Part shown: in pieces, positions 36,924 through 45,065 of the stretch | Numbering within the stretch: the first letter of the stretch is position 1 | Layout: each line of letters starts with the position of its first letter | NCBI GenBank assembly: GCA_030600695.1 | Contig: JAUVLO010000001.1 | Location: 1-48,255, forward strand | Length of the DNA stretch: 48,255 nucleotides | Direction: 5' to 3' | DNA from: Methanosarcinales archaeon | GTDB lineage: Archaea > Halobacteriota > Methanosarcinia > Methanosarcinales > Methanocomedenaceae | Position numbers and translations under genes: made by a program | Notes under the pieces: model-generated | What the model was told of the DNA's origin: nothing | Seen by the model: only the letters and a program-made list of their open reading frames with translations | Databases searched by the model: none

Positions 36924-38156
36924 TCAATCCTCATTCTCAAGGGCATCTATCCGGACCATAATACCCTTAGCCTTTTCCATGTAATTGTCCCTGATTTCGT
37001 TATGCTCGTCCTCAGATATGATACCACTGACATAGTCCTCATCCAGTTTATGAAGTACTTTGAATATAGCCTGCCTGGCGGTTCTAAGTTCATCAAGACT
37101 GAGAGCCTCAATATCACTCATTCCAGGAGATGGTTGCCGGGATGTTTCTTCTTCGAGTTCATCCTCTTCTGCTTCCAGGTTCTCATCTATTCCTTCATCT
37201 TCCCCAGATTCATCTTCATCCGATTCCCAGTCCTCTTCCATGCCTTCATCGTCCTCGAATTCTTCCTCTTCCAGGTATATCCCTTCATCCTGTTTTTTTG
37301 GCAGGACACTTCCCAGCTTTCCTTCCAGGCCTTTGATTGCCGGACTCTTACCTCTCAGTACCACATAACCGATCACTGCAATAATAACAAGCAGAATAAT
37401 CAGGTACAGGGTAATATCAGACCCGGCCTGATTTGATTTACTTAACTCAAATGTAATCTCAACAAACAGAGGCTGGTCCCAATAATAAGTCTCTGAATTT
37501 CCACTTTCCTCTGAAAAATCAGCATTTATTTTACTCCCGTCATTATCCAGTATAGTAGTTTTCATTTCATCAGATTTTACCAGTTTAACGACCAGACATC
37601 GCATGCCAGTGATGGGCATATAAATATAATTAACATTTGCCGGGTATTTCAATTTCTTTGTAAAGGTAACTGATTCGGTCGTTTTCCCTGTTGGTTCTGC
37701 CGGAACCATATATTCAATCCGGTACCTGGGAGGCATACCGGGTCCGGACAGAATGATATCATTCCATCCCACAACGTTCTCACTAACCTGGAAGGCCTCA
37801 ATGGTCTTTCCGTCTCCTTCCATTGCCATCTCTGTCTTTGACACAGCAACATTGAAAGCACCATCCTGTACGTAGGTACAGATAGGGCCGGAATAGTTTT
37901 CCGGCCTAAGGTTCTTGTAGACTATGGTTTCGACGACTCTGAAATACCCGGGATAGGTTATCTGGTCGACCTCAATAAGATGCTGTATAATTACAATATT
38001 TGCCCCGTATGAAGATACTGCGGCTTCCGGAGTTGAAGTACTATTGTTTCCATTAATGGACATGTTCGGATAGGCTGATGCTGTCGAAAATGATAATAAT
38101 AATAGTGCCGGAATGACAAATGCACTGATGAATAAAACTGAATTTCGCTTTAACAT
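36924..38156 (-). CDS. single-pass membrane protein with an extracellular domain and a strongly acidic cytoplasmic tail
   Basis: Signal peptide MLKRNSVLFISAFVIPALLLLSFSTASA, TM helix ITLYLIILLVIIAVIGYVVL, a roughly 60-aa D/E-rich run, and a C-terminal helix ..SGIISEDEHNEIRDNYMEKAKGI.. that is SHOCT-like by eye. Confidence 0.6.
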   Translation of the reverse strand: MLKRNSVLFISAFVIPALLLLSFSTASAYPNMSINGNNSTSTPEAAVSSYGANIVIIQHLIEVDQITYPGYFRVVETIVYKNLRPENYSGPICTYVQDGAFNVAVSKTEMAMEGDGKTIEAFQVSENVVGWNDIILSGPGMPPRYRIEYMVPAEPTGKTTESVTFTKKLKYPANVNYIYMPITGMRCLVVKLVKSDEMKTTILDNDGSKINADFSEESGNSETYYWDQPLFVEITFELSKSNQAGSDITLYLIILLVIIAVIGYVVLRGKSPAIKGLEGKLGSVLPKKQDEGIYLEEEEFEDDEGMEEDWESDEDESGEDEGIDENLEAEEDELEEETSRQPSPGMSDIEALSLDELRTARQAIFKVLHKLDEDYVSGIISEDEHNEIRDNYMEKAKGIMVRIDALENED

Positions 38157-38398
38157 TGAGTTGTACTTCCTTTTTTCATTAAAATGAATATCCCTTGCAA
38201 TATTATTTTATGCCACATATATTATACGCCTATTATAAAATATTAACTTGCTAAAAACCAGTCAGAAAAATCCGGGATGCATGGGGATTTACCTGTTGGG
38301 TAAGGTGGATGGGCACGACTATATAATTAATACTGTTTTAAAAAAGGTATCAAGTTGATAGCTTCTATACAGGGGAGAATAACCTTCCGGTTCTAATT

Positions 38399-38920
38399 TC
38401 ATTCTGTTTCAGTCATTTTCTTATGTAACACCCAGCCGGAAGAGTCTATTTTTCCGTTCGGCAGTACAACAATCGTTCCATCGTCTATTCTAACGCGCGT
38501 TTTTCTGAGCGTAACATCGATGATCTCTCCTTTATATTTCATTGTCTCAATTTGGTCACCAATATTAAAGTGTCCATCTAATAGGAGGAATACACCTGCT
38601 AATGCGTCAGCTAAGATATTCTTAACAGCTAAAGCAACAGCAGCTCCAGCTAAAACAGACAGCCCCATGATAGGCATGAGAATCTTTTCTAAATTAAGTT
38701 CCACCATGATCGACATGATGGCAATGAACCATAAGATGTATACGCCAGTCCTTCGCAAGATGTTCTGCGTGTCTGGAGGTAAAATTGTAGTACTTAAGTA
38801 TCTTCTAATGGACCTGCTGATAAAACCAATTACGATAAAAGCAACTACCAGGATCAATATAGCTTTTATATATGCCATATATGGTTGAGCTAAATCTAAC
38901 ATATCTGCAATTTCCACCAC
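38399..38920 (-). CDS. small mechanosensitive channel (MscS family)
   Basis: Three TM helices, then ..FLLLDGHFNIGDQIETMKYKGEIIDVTLRKTRVRIDDGTIVVLPN.., which matches the MscS beta-domain. Confidence 0.75.
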   Translation of the reverse strand: MVEIADMLDLAQPYMAYIKAILILVVAFIVIGFISRSIRRYLSTTILPPDTQNILRRTGVYILWFIAIMSIMVELNLEKILMPIMGLSVLAGAAVALAVKNILADALAGVFLLLDGHFNIGDQIETMKYKGEIIDVTLRKTRVRIDDGTIVVLPNGKIDSSGWVLHKKMTETE

Positions 38921-39026
38921 TGATCACCTATTTTTTTAACTTATTTCCAACCCTTTAATGACAAAAGTTCTGTAACAATTTTAGTGTTTTTTTATATAAG
39001 AATGTTACGCTTATCAATAATCTTTT

Positions 39027-39077
39027 GACAGGATATACAGGATTGGATCGTATCCTGTCAATCCTTTTTATCCTGTC
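39027..39077. repeat. heptamer-built palindrome, copy h (ACAGGAT type)
   Basis: GACAGGATATACAGGATTGGATCGTATCCTGTCAATCCTTTTTATCCTGTC. Its flanks match copy d in reverse orientation. Confidence 0.7.
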
Positions 39078-39131
39078 TGAATTTTCCATTTTCTTAACGC
39101 ATAGGAAAGTATAAACGCATTTCGATATTTT

Positions 39132-39827
39132 TTAGATAAGTTCTAAGTACGGCCTGATATGATTACAATATACCAGCCAGAGGCCTACTAATATCAAAAG
39201 GGCTCCTGCACCTCTTTTAATCATCACGTCATATCGCGATACTTTGCTCAGCTTCTTACCTGAAACCTTGATGAAATAGGCTATAAGCAACATAGGGATC
39301 CCTAATCCTATAGAATAAACAAAAAGCAGGAATCCGCCATACATTATACCCCCCTTCAAGAGTACGTCCATCAGTACCACAGTCAGAATCGGGCCGATGC
39401 AGGGAATCCATAGAATACCCAGCGACATACCAAGTACAAATCCACCTGCAACCCCCTCATTGCTTGGGTTGACATTTAAAAAACCCGGAATACGATTAAA
39501 TATGCTAAGGTTGAGTTCCATGAGCATGGTAATGCCCAGTGAGATAATAACTATCTCAGCCACTATCCTGATGTACTGCTGGAACTGGTTGAGAATGTCT
39601 GAAAAGGCTGCCATGGCCATGCCCATCAGCGTAAATGTAAGCATCAGACCTGCTACGATAGCCAGTGGCCTGAACTTGCCCTTGCCTGTGGAATATGCCA
39701 GTATGGCAGGCAGAAGAGGCAGGATGCAAGGTGAAAGAATACTGATTATACCTCCCAGGAATGCAATGAAGGGGAGTGGCAGATCTATTGATGCTAATGT
39801 GTTCTCAAGCTGGAATAATAGACTCAT
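39132..39827 (-). CDS. ccdA: cytochrome c biogenesis thiol-disulfide transporter CcdA (DsbD family)
   Basis: Six TM segments with conserved cysteines in ILSPCILPLLPA and ILWIPCIGPIL. Confidence 0.85.
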   Translation of the reverse strand: MSLLFQLENTLASIDLPLPFIAFLGGIISILSPCILPLLPAILAYSTGKGKFRPLAIVAGLMLTFTLMGMAMAAFSDILNQFQQYIRIVAEIVIISLGITMLMELNLSIFNRIPGFLNVNPSNEGVAGGFVLGMSLGILWIPCIGPILTVVLMDVLLKGGIMYGGFLLFVYSIGLGIPMLLIAYFIKVSGKKLSKVSRYDVMIKRGAGALLILVGLWLVYCNHIRPYLELI

Positions 39828-39877
39828 TGATCATCGTGCTTACTGTATTGTGTTCTCAATCATTTATATCATCAATT

Positions 39878-40345
39878 CTACCTTAACCTGAGAGCATCCA
39901 GAATAGTTATTTCCAGTGGACCTTGGGGTGTGAAACCTATCATCTTGGCCTGTTCACAATTCGTGGTCAAGGTTCCATATTGTACATATTTGTATGTGCC
40001 GTTGTCTGACCTGGCTATTACAAACATATCAGGAATATAGTAAACATTGAACTTTACAGCCAGTTGGTTCTGCTTGTCAATGTCGATATAGACGAAATGC
40101 ACTTTGCCTTCATATTTTGCTGCAAGTTCTTCCACAATAGGTTTTTGTTGTACACATGCAGGACACCGCCCCGCTCCCATCTCAATAAATACCGGTGCAC
40201 TCTCAAGCATTGCATCAATTTCTTCTATTGAGTTCACTGTTGCTAATTCTGGATTTTGGGCAGTGCTGTTGTCAGTACACCCGCTAAACGCGATCATTAC
40301 AGCCAGTAACAGAAACGGTAGAATAGTAATCCTGTTTCTCATCAT
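39878..40345 (-). CDS. thioredoxin-fold lipoprotein (ResA/TlpA-like thiol-disulfide oxidoreductase)
   Basis: Signal peptide with lipobox-like AFSGC. Active site GAGRCPACVQQKP (CxxC). Confidence 0.75.
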   Translation of the reverse strand: MMRNRITILPFLLLAVMIAFSGCTDNSTAQNPELATVNSIEEIDAMLESAPVFIEMGAGRCPACVQQKPIVEELAAKYEGKVHFVYIDIDKQNQLAVKFNVYYIPDMFVIARSDNGTYKYVQYGTLTTNCEQAKMIGFTPQGPLEITILDALRLR

Positions 40346-40550
40346 ATCACTTAGTAGAATTCATTTATATTAATGTTTAACCTATATAATTGCGTGTATG
40401 GTTTTGCATATAGCGTGCAAACTGGCATATGAATTTATAAACCAGGTTATAGACCAACAGATAGCGGTTATTCGGAAAAGTTAATATAACATCTACCCAA
40501 TTGAGCATACATAATCATGATATAATCCGGTCCGGAGGTGAGACCAAACT

Positions 40551-40703
40551 ATGTGCAGCGTAGGAGATGCATTTGGAATAGATATGGCAGAAAGATTAAA
40601 TCCAAAAGAATATAGATGCAAAGATTGCGGAAATGAATTCAAGGGTATTGGTAAAAACGTCCTTTGCCCTGCATGCCAGTCCAATACTGTGGAACTTGCA
40701 TGA
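40551..40703 (+). CDS. small zinc-ribbon protein (50 aa)
   Basis: Not in the ORF track because it is shorter than 60 aa. Translation: MCSVGDAFGIDMAERLNPKEYRCKDCGNEFKGIGKNVLCPACQSNTVELA with CxxC-N14-CxxC. GGAGGTG lies 10 nt upstream. Confidence 0.45.
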   Translation: MCSVGDAFGIDMAERLNPKEYRCKDCGNEFKGIGKNVLCPACQSNTVELA

Positions 40704-40739
40704 TCGTACAATCCAATATTAAGCGTACATCATCAACTT

Positions 40740-41201
40740 ATGATACCCCTGAATAACAATGATATACTGATGCTCCACGGTAACAGTGGGGTTATCGGTA
40801 TTGTGAAAGCCGGAACAAGAAACCTTTTTTTCCTTGAAACTGAAGATGAAGAGATCGTACTGGGGCTTGAACCTGACGACCTGCTGGTCTCATCCGGTTT
40901 TGATACAAAAGAGACCACGATCAATGGTATAAAATGTGTGCTTTACATGTTAAGGGAAGTAGGCACACCGCTCATTGTACTGCCGAAGCACCACCCCGCC
41001 TCAAAGCGGCTCAAGATCGTTGTATCCATTGGCAGCCGCACCCGCATCAGTTGTGATATCACACCAGGCACCCATCCCGAACAGGATATACTGTGCGGCG
41101 TTGACGAGTTTGGCGGAGTCGAGATACTGGGCGTGCCCGGAGGCGTGGAGTTCAGGAACCTGGACTCTGGCAGGATCGAGCGTATACCGTTCACAGTCTG
41201 A
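40740..41201 (+). CDS. hypothetical protein (153 aa)
   Basis: It is the longest frame in this interval and is co-oriented with carS-pyrE-tgtA. I recognise no motif. Confidence 0.45.
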   Translation: MIPLNNNDILMLHGNSGVIGIVKAGTRNLFFLETEDEEIVLGLEPDDLLVSSGFDTKETTINGIKCVLYMLREVGTPLIVLPKHHPASKRLKIVVSIGSRTRISCDITPGTHPEQDILCGVDEFGGVEILGVPGGVEFRNLDSGRIERIPFTV

Positions 41202-41247
41202 CATATGATTCAATACTTTTAACACCAAAAATGAGCATTAAGGTAGC

Positions 41248-41829
41248 ATGACCCTGATCGATATCCTGGCTGCATCCATCTGGCTTATGCTGCCTGCATA
41301 TATCGCAAATCCCATGGCTGCAGTGTTCGGGGGAGGTACCCCCATGGACCTGGGAAAGTATTTCCCTGACGGCAGGCGCATACTTGGGAACGGCAAGACA
41401 ATAAGGGGACTAGCAGCCGGGACCGCCTGCGGAATCGCGATAGGACTTATCCAAATCGGACTTGCACCCCGGCTCATAGCATCAGGGGTACTGGACAACT
41501 GGCCATTGTTCCATGGTGCCCTGGGTGCATACTCACTCAGCACGTTATCCATAGTGTTCCTGATGGCCTTTGGTGCGCTGCTGGGTGATAGTGCAGAGAG
41601 TTTTATCAAGCGGCGCCTGGACCTTGAACGGGGTGCCATGTTCCCTGTGGCGGACCAGCTTGATTTTGTGCTGGGTGCCTGGGTGCTGACATACATATTC
41701 GCAGCATGCTGGTTCAATACATATTTCAGCTTCTGGATTATAGTAACAGTACTGGTGGCCACGCCCTTGCTGCACCTGGCCACGAACATATTGGGATATC
41801 TCATTAAGGTCAAGAAAGAACCCTGGTAG
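41248..41829 (+). CDS. carS: CDP-archaeol synthase
   Basis: ..WLMLPAYIANPMAAVFGGGTPMDLGKYFPDGRRILGNGKTIRG.. and ..GDSAESFIKRR.., as in the DUF46/CarS family. The protein has 5 TM segments. Confidence 0.8.
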   Translation: MTLIDILAASIWLMLPAYIANPMAAVFGGGTPMDLGKYFPDGRRILGNGKTIRGLAAGTACGIAIGLIQIGLAPRLIASGVLDNWPLFHGALGAYSLSTLSIVFLMAFGALLGDSAESFIKRRLDLERGAMFPVADQLDFVLGAWVLTYIFAACWFNTYFSFWIIVTVLVATPLLHLATNILGYLIKVKKEPW

Positions 41830-41837
41830 TGAAAAAA

Positions 41838-42365
41838 ATGGATAAAGAACTGATTCAGGCATTAAAGAACTGCGGAGCTGTGAAGTTCGGGGACTTTACA
41901 CTGGCATCCGGCAGGAAAAGTACGTATTATGTTGACATCAAGAAGGCCATCACCGACCCTGCCACACTGGAACTGATAGCAAACCGTATCACTGGCATCA
42001 TGACAGAGCGAAAGATATGTGCAGAGGCCATCGGTGGTGTTGCAGTTGGAGGCATTCCCCTTGCAACCGCAGTTTCACTGAAATCCAGCCTGCCCCTGGT
42101 GATAATCAGGAAGTCCTTAAAAGAATACGGCACTGGTGGGCGGTTTATCGGGGAAGTTGCCGGTAGGGAACTGCTTATGCTTGAAGATGTGACCACCACC
42201 GGCGGTTCTGTGATTGAAGCCATTAAGGACCTGAGGGATGCGGGGTCGGTTGTGAATATGGTTATCACGGTAGTGGACAGGGACGAAGGCGCATCAGTAG
42301 GACTGGAAGATATGGATGTGGAATTGCTGCCACTTGTAAGGGCAGCAGACCTTTTGAATGGGTAA
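41838..42365 (+). CDS. pyrE: orotate phosphoribosyltransferase
   Basis: ..VKFGDFTLASGRKSTYYVDIK.. and the PRPP-binding motif LLMLEDVTTTGGS. The ATG at 41838 is preferred over the GTG at 41829, which overlaps the carS stop. Confidence 0.9.
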   Translation: MDKELIQALKNCGAVKFGDFTLASGRKSTYYVDIKKAITDPATLELIANRITGIMTERKICAEAIGGVAVGGIPLATAVSLKSSLPLVIIRKSLKEYGTGGRFIGEVAGRELLMLEDVTTTGGSVIEAIKDLRDAGSVVNMVITVVDRDEGASVGLEDMDVELLPLVRAADLLNG

Positions 42366-42406
42366 ATCGGACTGGACAAAGCAAGACAGGATATACAGGA
42401 TAGAAC

Positions 42407-43870
42407 ATGCCGGATATCTTCGAGATCACACACAAGGATTCTGCGGGCAGGATAGGACGCCTGGTCACTCCACACGGTACGGTTGAGACGCCCACTATCA
42501 TGCCGGTCATCAATCCCAATATCCAGACCATCCCGGCAAAAGAGATGCCGGGTTTCGGTGCACAGATGGTTATCACGAACTCATATATCATCTACCGCAG
42601 CCGGGAACTAAAAGAGCAGGCACTATCGTCCGGGCTGCACAGCCTGCTGGAATTTGACGGCCCCATCATGACTGACAGCGGTTCCTTCCAGTTGAGCGTA
42701 TATGGCGATATCGAAGTGGATAATGCACAGATAATCAGGTTCCAGCAGGATATCGGCACAGACATCGGCGTGCCGCTGGATATCCCAACGCCGCCTTCTG
42801 CCGACTGGGATGCGGCAAAGAGTGAACTTGCCATAACAAACCAGAGGCTCATGGAAGCCCTGGAACTGAACAATGACAGCCCAATGCTGCTGGCAGCACC
42901 GGTACAGGGCGGCATTCACAAGGACCTGCGTGAGCAGGCAGGCAGGGAACTGGGTGGGGCTGGTTTTGATATATATCCCATAGGTGCGGTGGTGCCGCTG
43001 ATGGAATCATACCGCTATGCTGACCTGGTAGACGTGATAGTGAGTGCAAAGAAAGGGCTGCCTTCATCAGTTCCCGTGCATCTTTTCGGTGCCGGGCACC
43101 CGATGGTGTTCGCACTGGCAGTGGCACTTGGCTGTGACCTGTTCGATTCCGCAGCCTACGCCCTGTACGCAAAGGACGGCAGGTACATGACCGCAGAGGG
43201 GACCTACCATCTCAAGGACATGGAATATCTTCCCTGTTCGTGTCCGGTATGCATCGGCCATACAGCCAGCGAGATCGCGGCCAGCCCTAACAGGCAGGAA
43301 CTGCTGGCCCGGCATAACCTGTACGCTACCTTCGCTGAGATAAGGCTGGTTAAGCAGGCACTGCGTGAGGGGAACCTATGGGAACTTGTAGAAAGGCGGG
43401 CCCGCATCCATCCCAGGCTGCTTGACGGACTGAAGCGGGCAGTGACATATGCTGACTGGATAGAGCAGTTCGACCCGTCATCCAAATCCACGTACTTTTA
43501 CTGCGGCCCCGAATCCACAAAAAGACCTGAGGTAATCCGCTGGAATACCAGGCTTGAGCGGCTGGAACTGGAGGGGACGGTATTGATACGGCCAGGGGGG
43601 CGGGTCAAACACGAATCAGAATACGACAATGTACTGCACTTTAAGCCCCCGTTCGGTGCGTACCCCCTGGAACTGAAAGAAACATATCCCTTTAATGCCG
43701 AGGTTGTAAATGTACCAGACCATGAATCCCTTACCAGTGCCCTTGAAAATACTAAAAAGCTGATCGAGCTGAACCCTGGTGCAGAGTTCACTTTCGTGTA
43801 CCGGCAGTCCTGGGACCATCCACTTATACAGGAGATATGCCAGATGGTAAGTCACAGCTGGTCGGTTTGA
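42407..43870 (+). CDS. tgtA: tRNA-guanine(15) transglycosylase (archaeosine TGT)
   Basis: FEITHKDSAGRIGRLVTPHGTVETPTIMPV, MTDSGSFQ, and the Zn site CSCPVC...H. At 487 aa it appears to lack the long C-terminal PUA extension. Confidence 0.9.
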   Translation: MPDIFEITHKDSAGRIGRLVTPHGTVETPTIMPVINPNIQTIPAKEMPGFGAQMVITNSYIIYRSRELKEQALSSGLHSLLEFDGPIMTDSGSFQLSVYGDIEVDNAQIIRFQQDIGTDIGVPLDIPTPPSADWDAAKSELAITNQRLMEALELNNDSPMLLAAPVQGGIHKDLREQAGRELGGAGFDIYPIGAVVPLMESYRYADLVDVIVSAKKGLPSSVPVHLFGAGHPMVFALAVALGCDLFDSAAYALYAKDGRYMTAEGTYHLKDMEYLPCSCPVCIGHTASEIAASPNRQELLARHNLYATFAEIRLVKQALREGNLWELVERRARIHPRLLDGLKRAVTYADWIEQFDPSSKSTYFYCGPESTKRPEVIRWNTRLERLELEGTVLIRPGGRVKHESEYDNVLHFKPPFGAYPLELKETYPFNAEVVNVPDHESLTSALENTKKLIELNPGAEFTFVYRQSWDHPLIQEICQMVSHSWSV

Positions 43871-43872
43871 CC

Positions 43873-44589
43873 TTACTTTTTCAACCTCAACCTGACCACG
43901 GCTGCAAACATCTGGGGTATTACTTTTTTCAGGTCAAGCTTGGAGCCTTCAATGTGGCGCCATTCCACAGGCACTTCCACTGTTGTATAGCCCATGTCCC
44001 TGATGCGCCAGAGCAGTTCCACGTCAAAGGCATAGTTGTGGGTCAGGATATCACCTGCCACCTGATTGGCCACCTCTGCTTTCAGCACTTTGCAGCCGCA
44101 CTGGGTATCCTTGTAAGGCAGTCCGAACAGCAGCCTTACCATTGCATTGAAACACCGGCTGGCAAGTACCCTGTGCGGGGGCTGGTGGGTGTGTATTACT
44201 GACCCGGGCAGGTACCTTGAGGAGATCACGCAGTCAATCCCGCCCGAGACCATGTCCACCATCTTACCCACATCATGGGGCGGCACGGCACAGTCCGCAT
44301 CCACCACTGCTATAACACTTCCCCTGGCCCTGGAAATGCCCTGCAGTATGCCGCCGCCTTTACCAAGCCTGGCGGGATGGGATATTGACCTGACAGCAGG
44401 ATGGTTCTTGCTAAATTCTGCGACCAGTTCCGGGGTGCTGTCCGTACACCCGTCCATGACCACCAGTATCTCGTGTGGGGTACCGGAAAAAAAGCGGGAT
44501 AGTTCTTGTAGTGTGCCTGAAATGCGTTTTTCTTCGTTATAGGCAGGTATGACGATCGAGACCATGTCCTGCCCTTTTGTTACCGTCAT
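43873..44589 (-). CDS. family 2 glycosyltransferase (dolichyl-phosphate sugar synthase-like)
   Basis: VSIVIPAYNEEKRI, VVMDGCTDST, and VVDADC (a DxD-like motif). Confidence 0.85.
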   Translation of the reverse strand: MTVTKGQDMVSIVIPAYNEEKRISGTLQELSRFFSGTPHEILVVMDGCTDSTPELVAEFSKNHPAVRSISHPARLGKGGGILQGISRARGSVIAVVDADCAVPPHDVGKMVDMVSGGIDCVISSRYLPGSVIHTHQPPHRVLASRCFNAMVRLLFGLPYKDTQCGCKVLKAEVANQVAGDILTHNYAFDVELLWRIRDMGYTTVEVPVEWRHIEGSKLDLKKVIPQMFAAVVRLRLKK

Positions 44590-44612
44590 TTTATAGGCAC
44601 CGAAGAATTGTA

Positions 44613-44688
44613 TGGTAGCCCGGCACGGATTCGAACCGAGGTCCGGGGATCCAGGGCCCCCAATGATTGACCGCTACACTACCGGGCT
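44613..44688 (-). tRNA. tRNA-Gln (anticodon CUG) with encoded CCA
   Basis: Hand fold: 7-bp acceptor stem AGCCCGG/CCGGGCU with A1:U72, D-loop AGCGGUCAA, anticodon stem GGGGG/UCCCC, anticodon loop CCCUGGA, T-loop UUCGAAU. Non-canonical C at position 33 and U50-U64 in the T-stem (see findings). Confidence 0.75.
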
Positions 44689-45065
44689 GCGACTATCTGA
44701 ATATAACTTGTTACCTATAAGTCTAACGGATAAGCCCGGGTATGTGTCTAAAAAATTGAAGAAATAATATCGAGTTGGGATTTTTCCCAACTCTAAAACC
44801 TGCCGTCAGTAAGGCTCAGGTGATCCTTTTCCATCTCTATAATAACAGTGAATATCTCTTTTATCCTCTCTGTATTCTTATTATCCAGTCGGTATTCTTA
44901 AAAACATTAAAATAATATAAATCCTATGTGATTGTCATTAAGTGTAAAATTAAATTGATGGGGAAAATGGTATGCTCCGTGCCATAAATGCTCATAAAAT
45001 GTTTTATATAATTTACTGATTATTAAATTGTGCGAAATTTTTGAAAAAAAACAGGTAAGATTTGA

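Noticed and set aside
41238-41813. 191-aa minus-strand ORF opposite carS
   Set aside because: The plus-strand frame gives a recognisable CDP-archaeol synthase with 5 TM helices. The minus frame has no motif and is rich in S/A/R/P.
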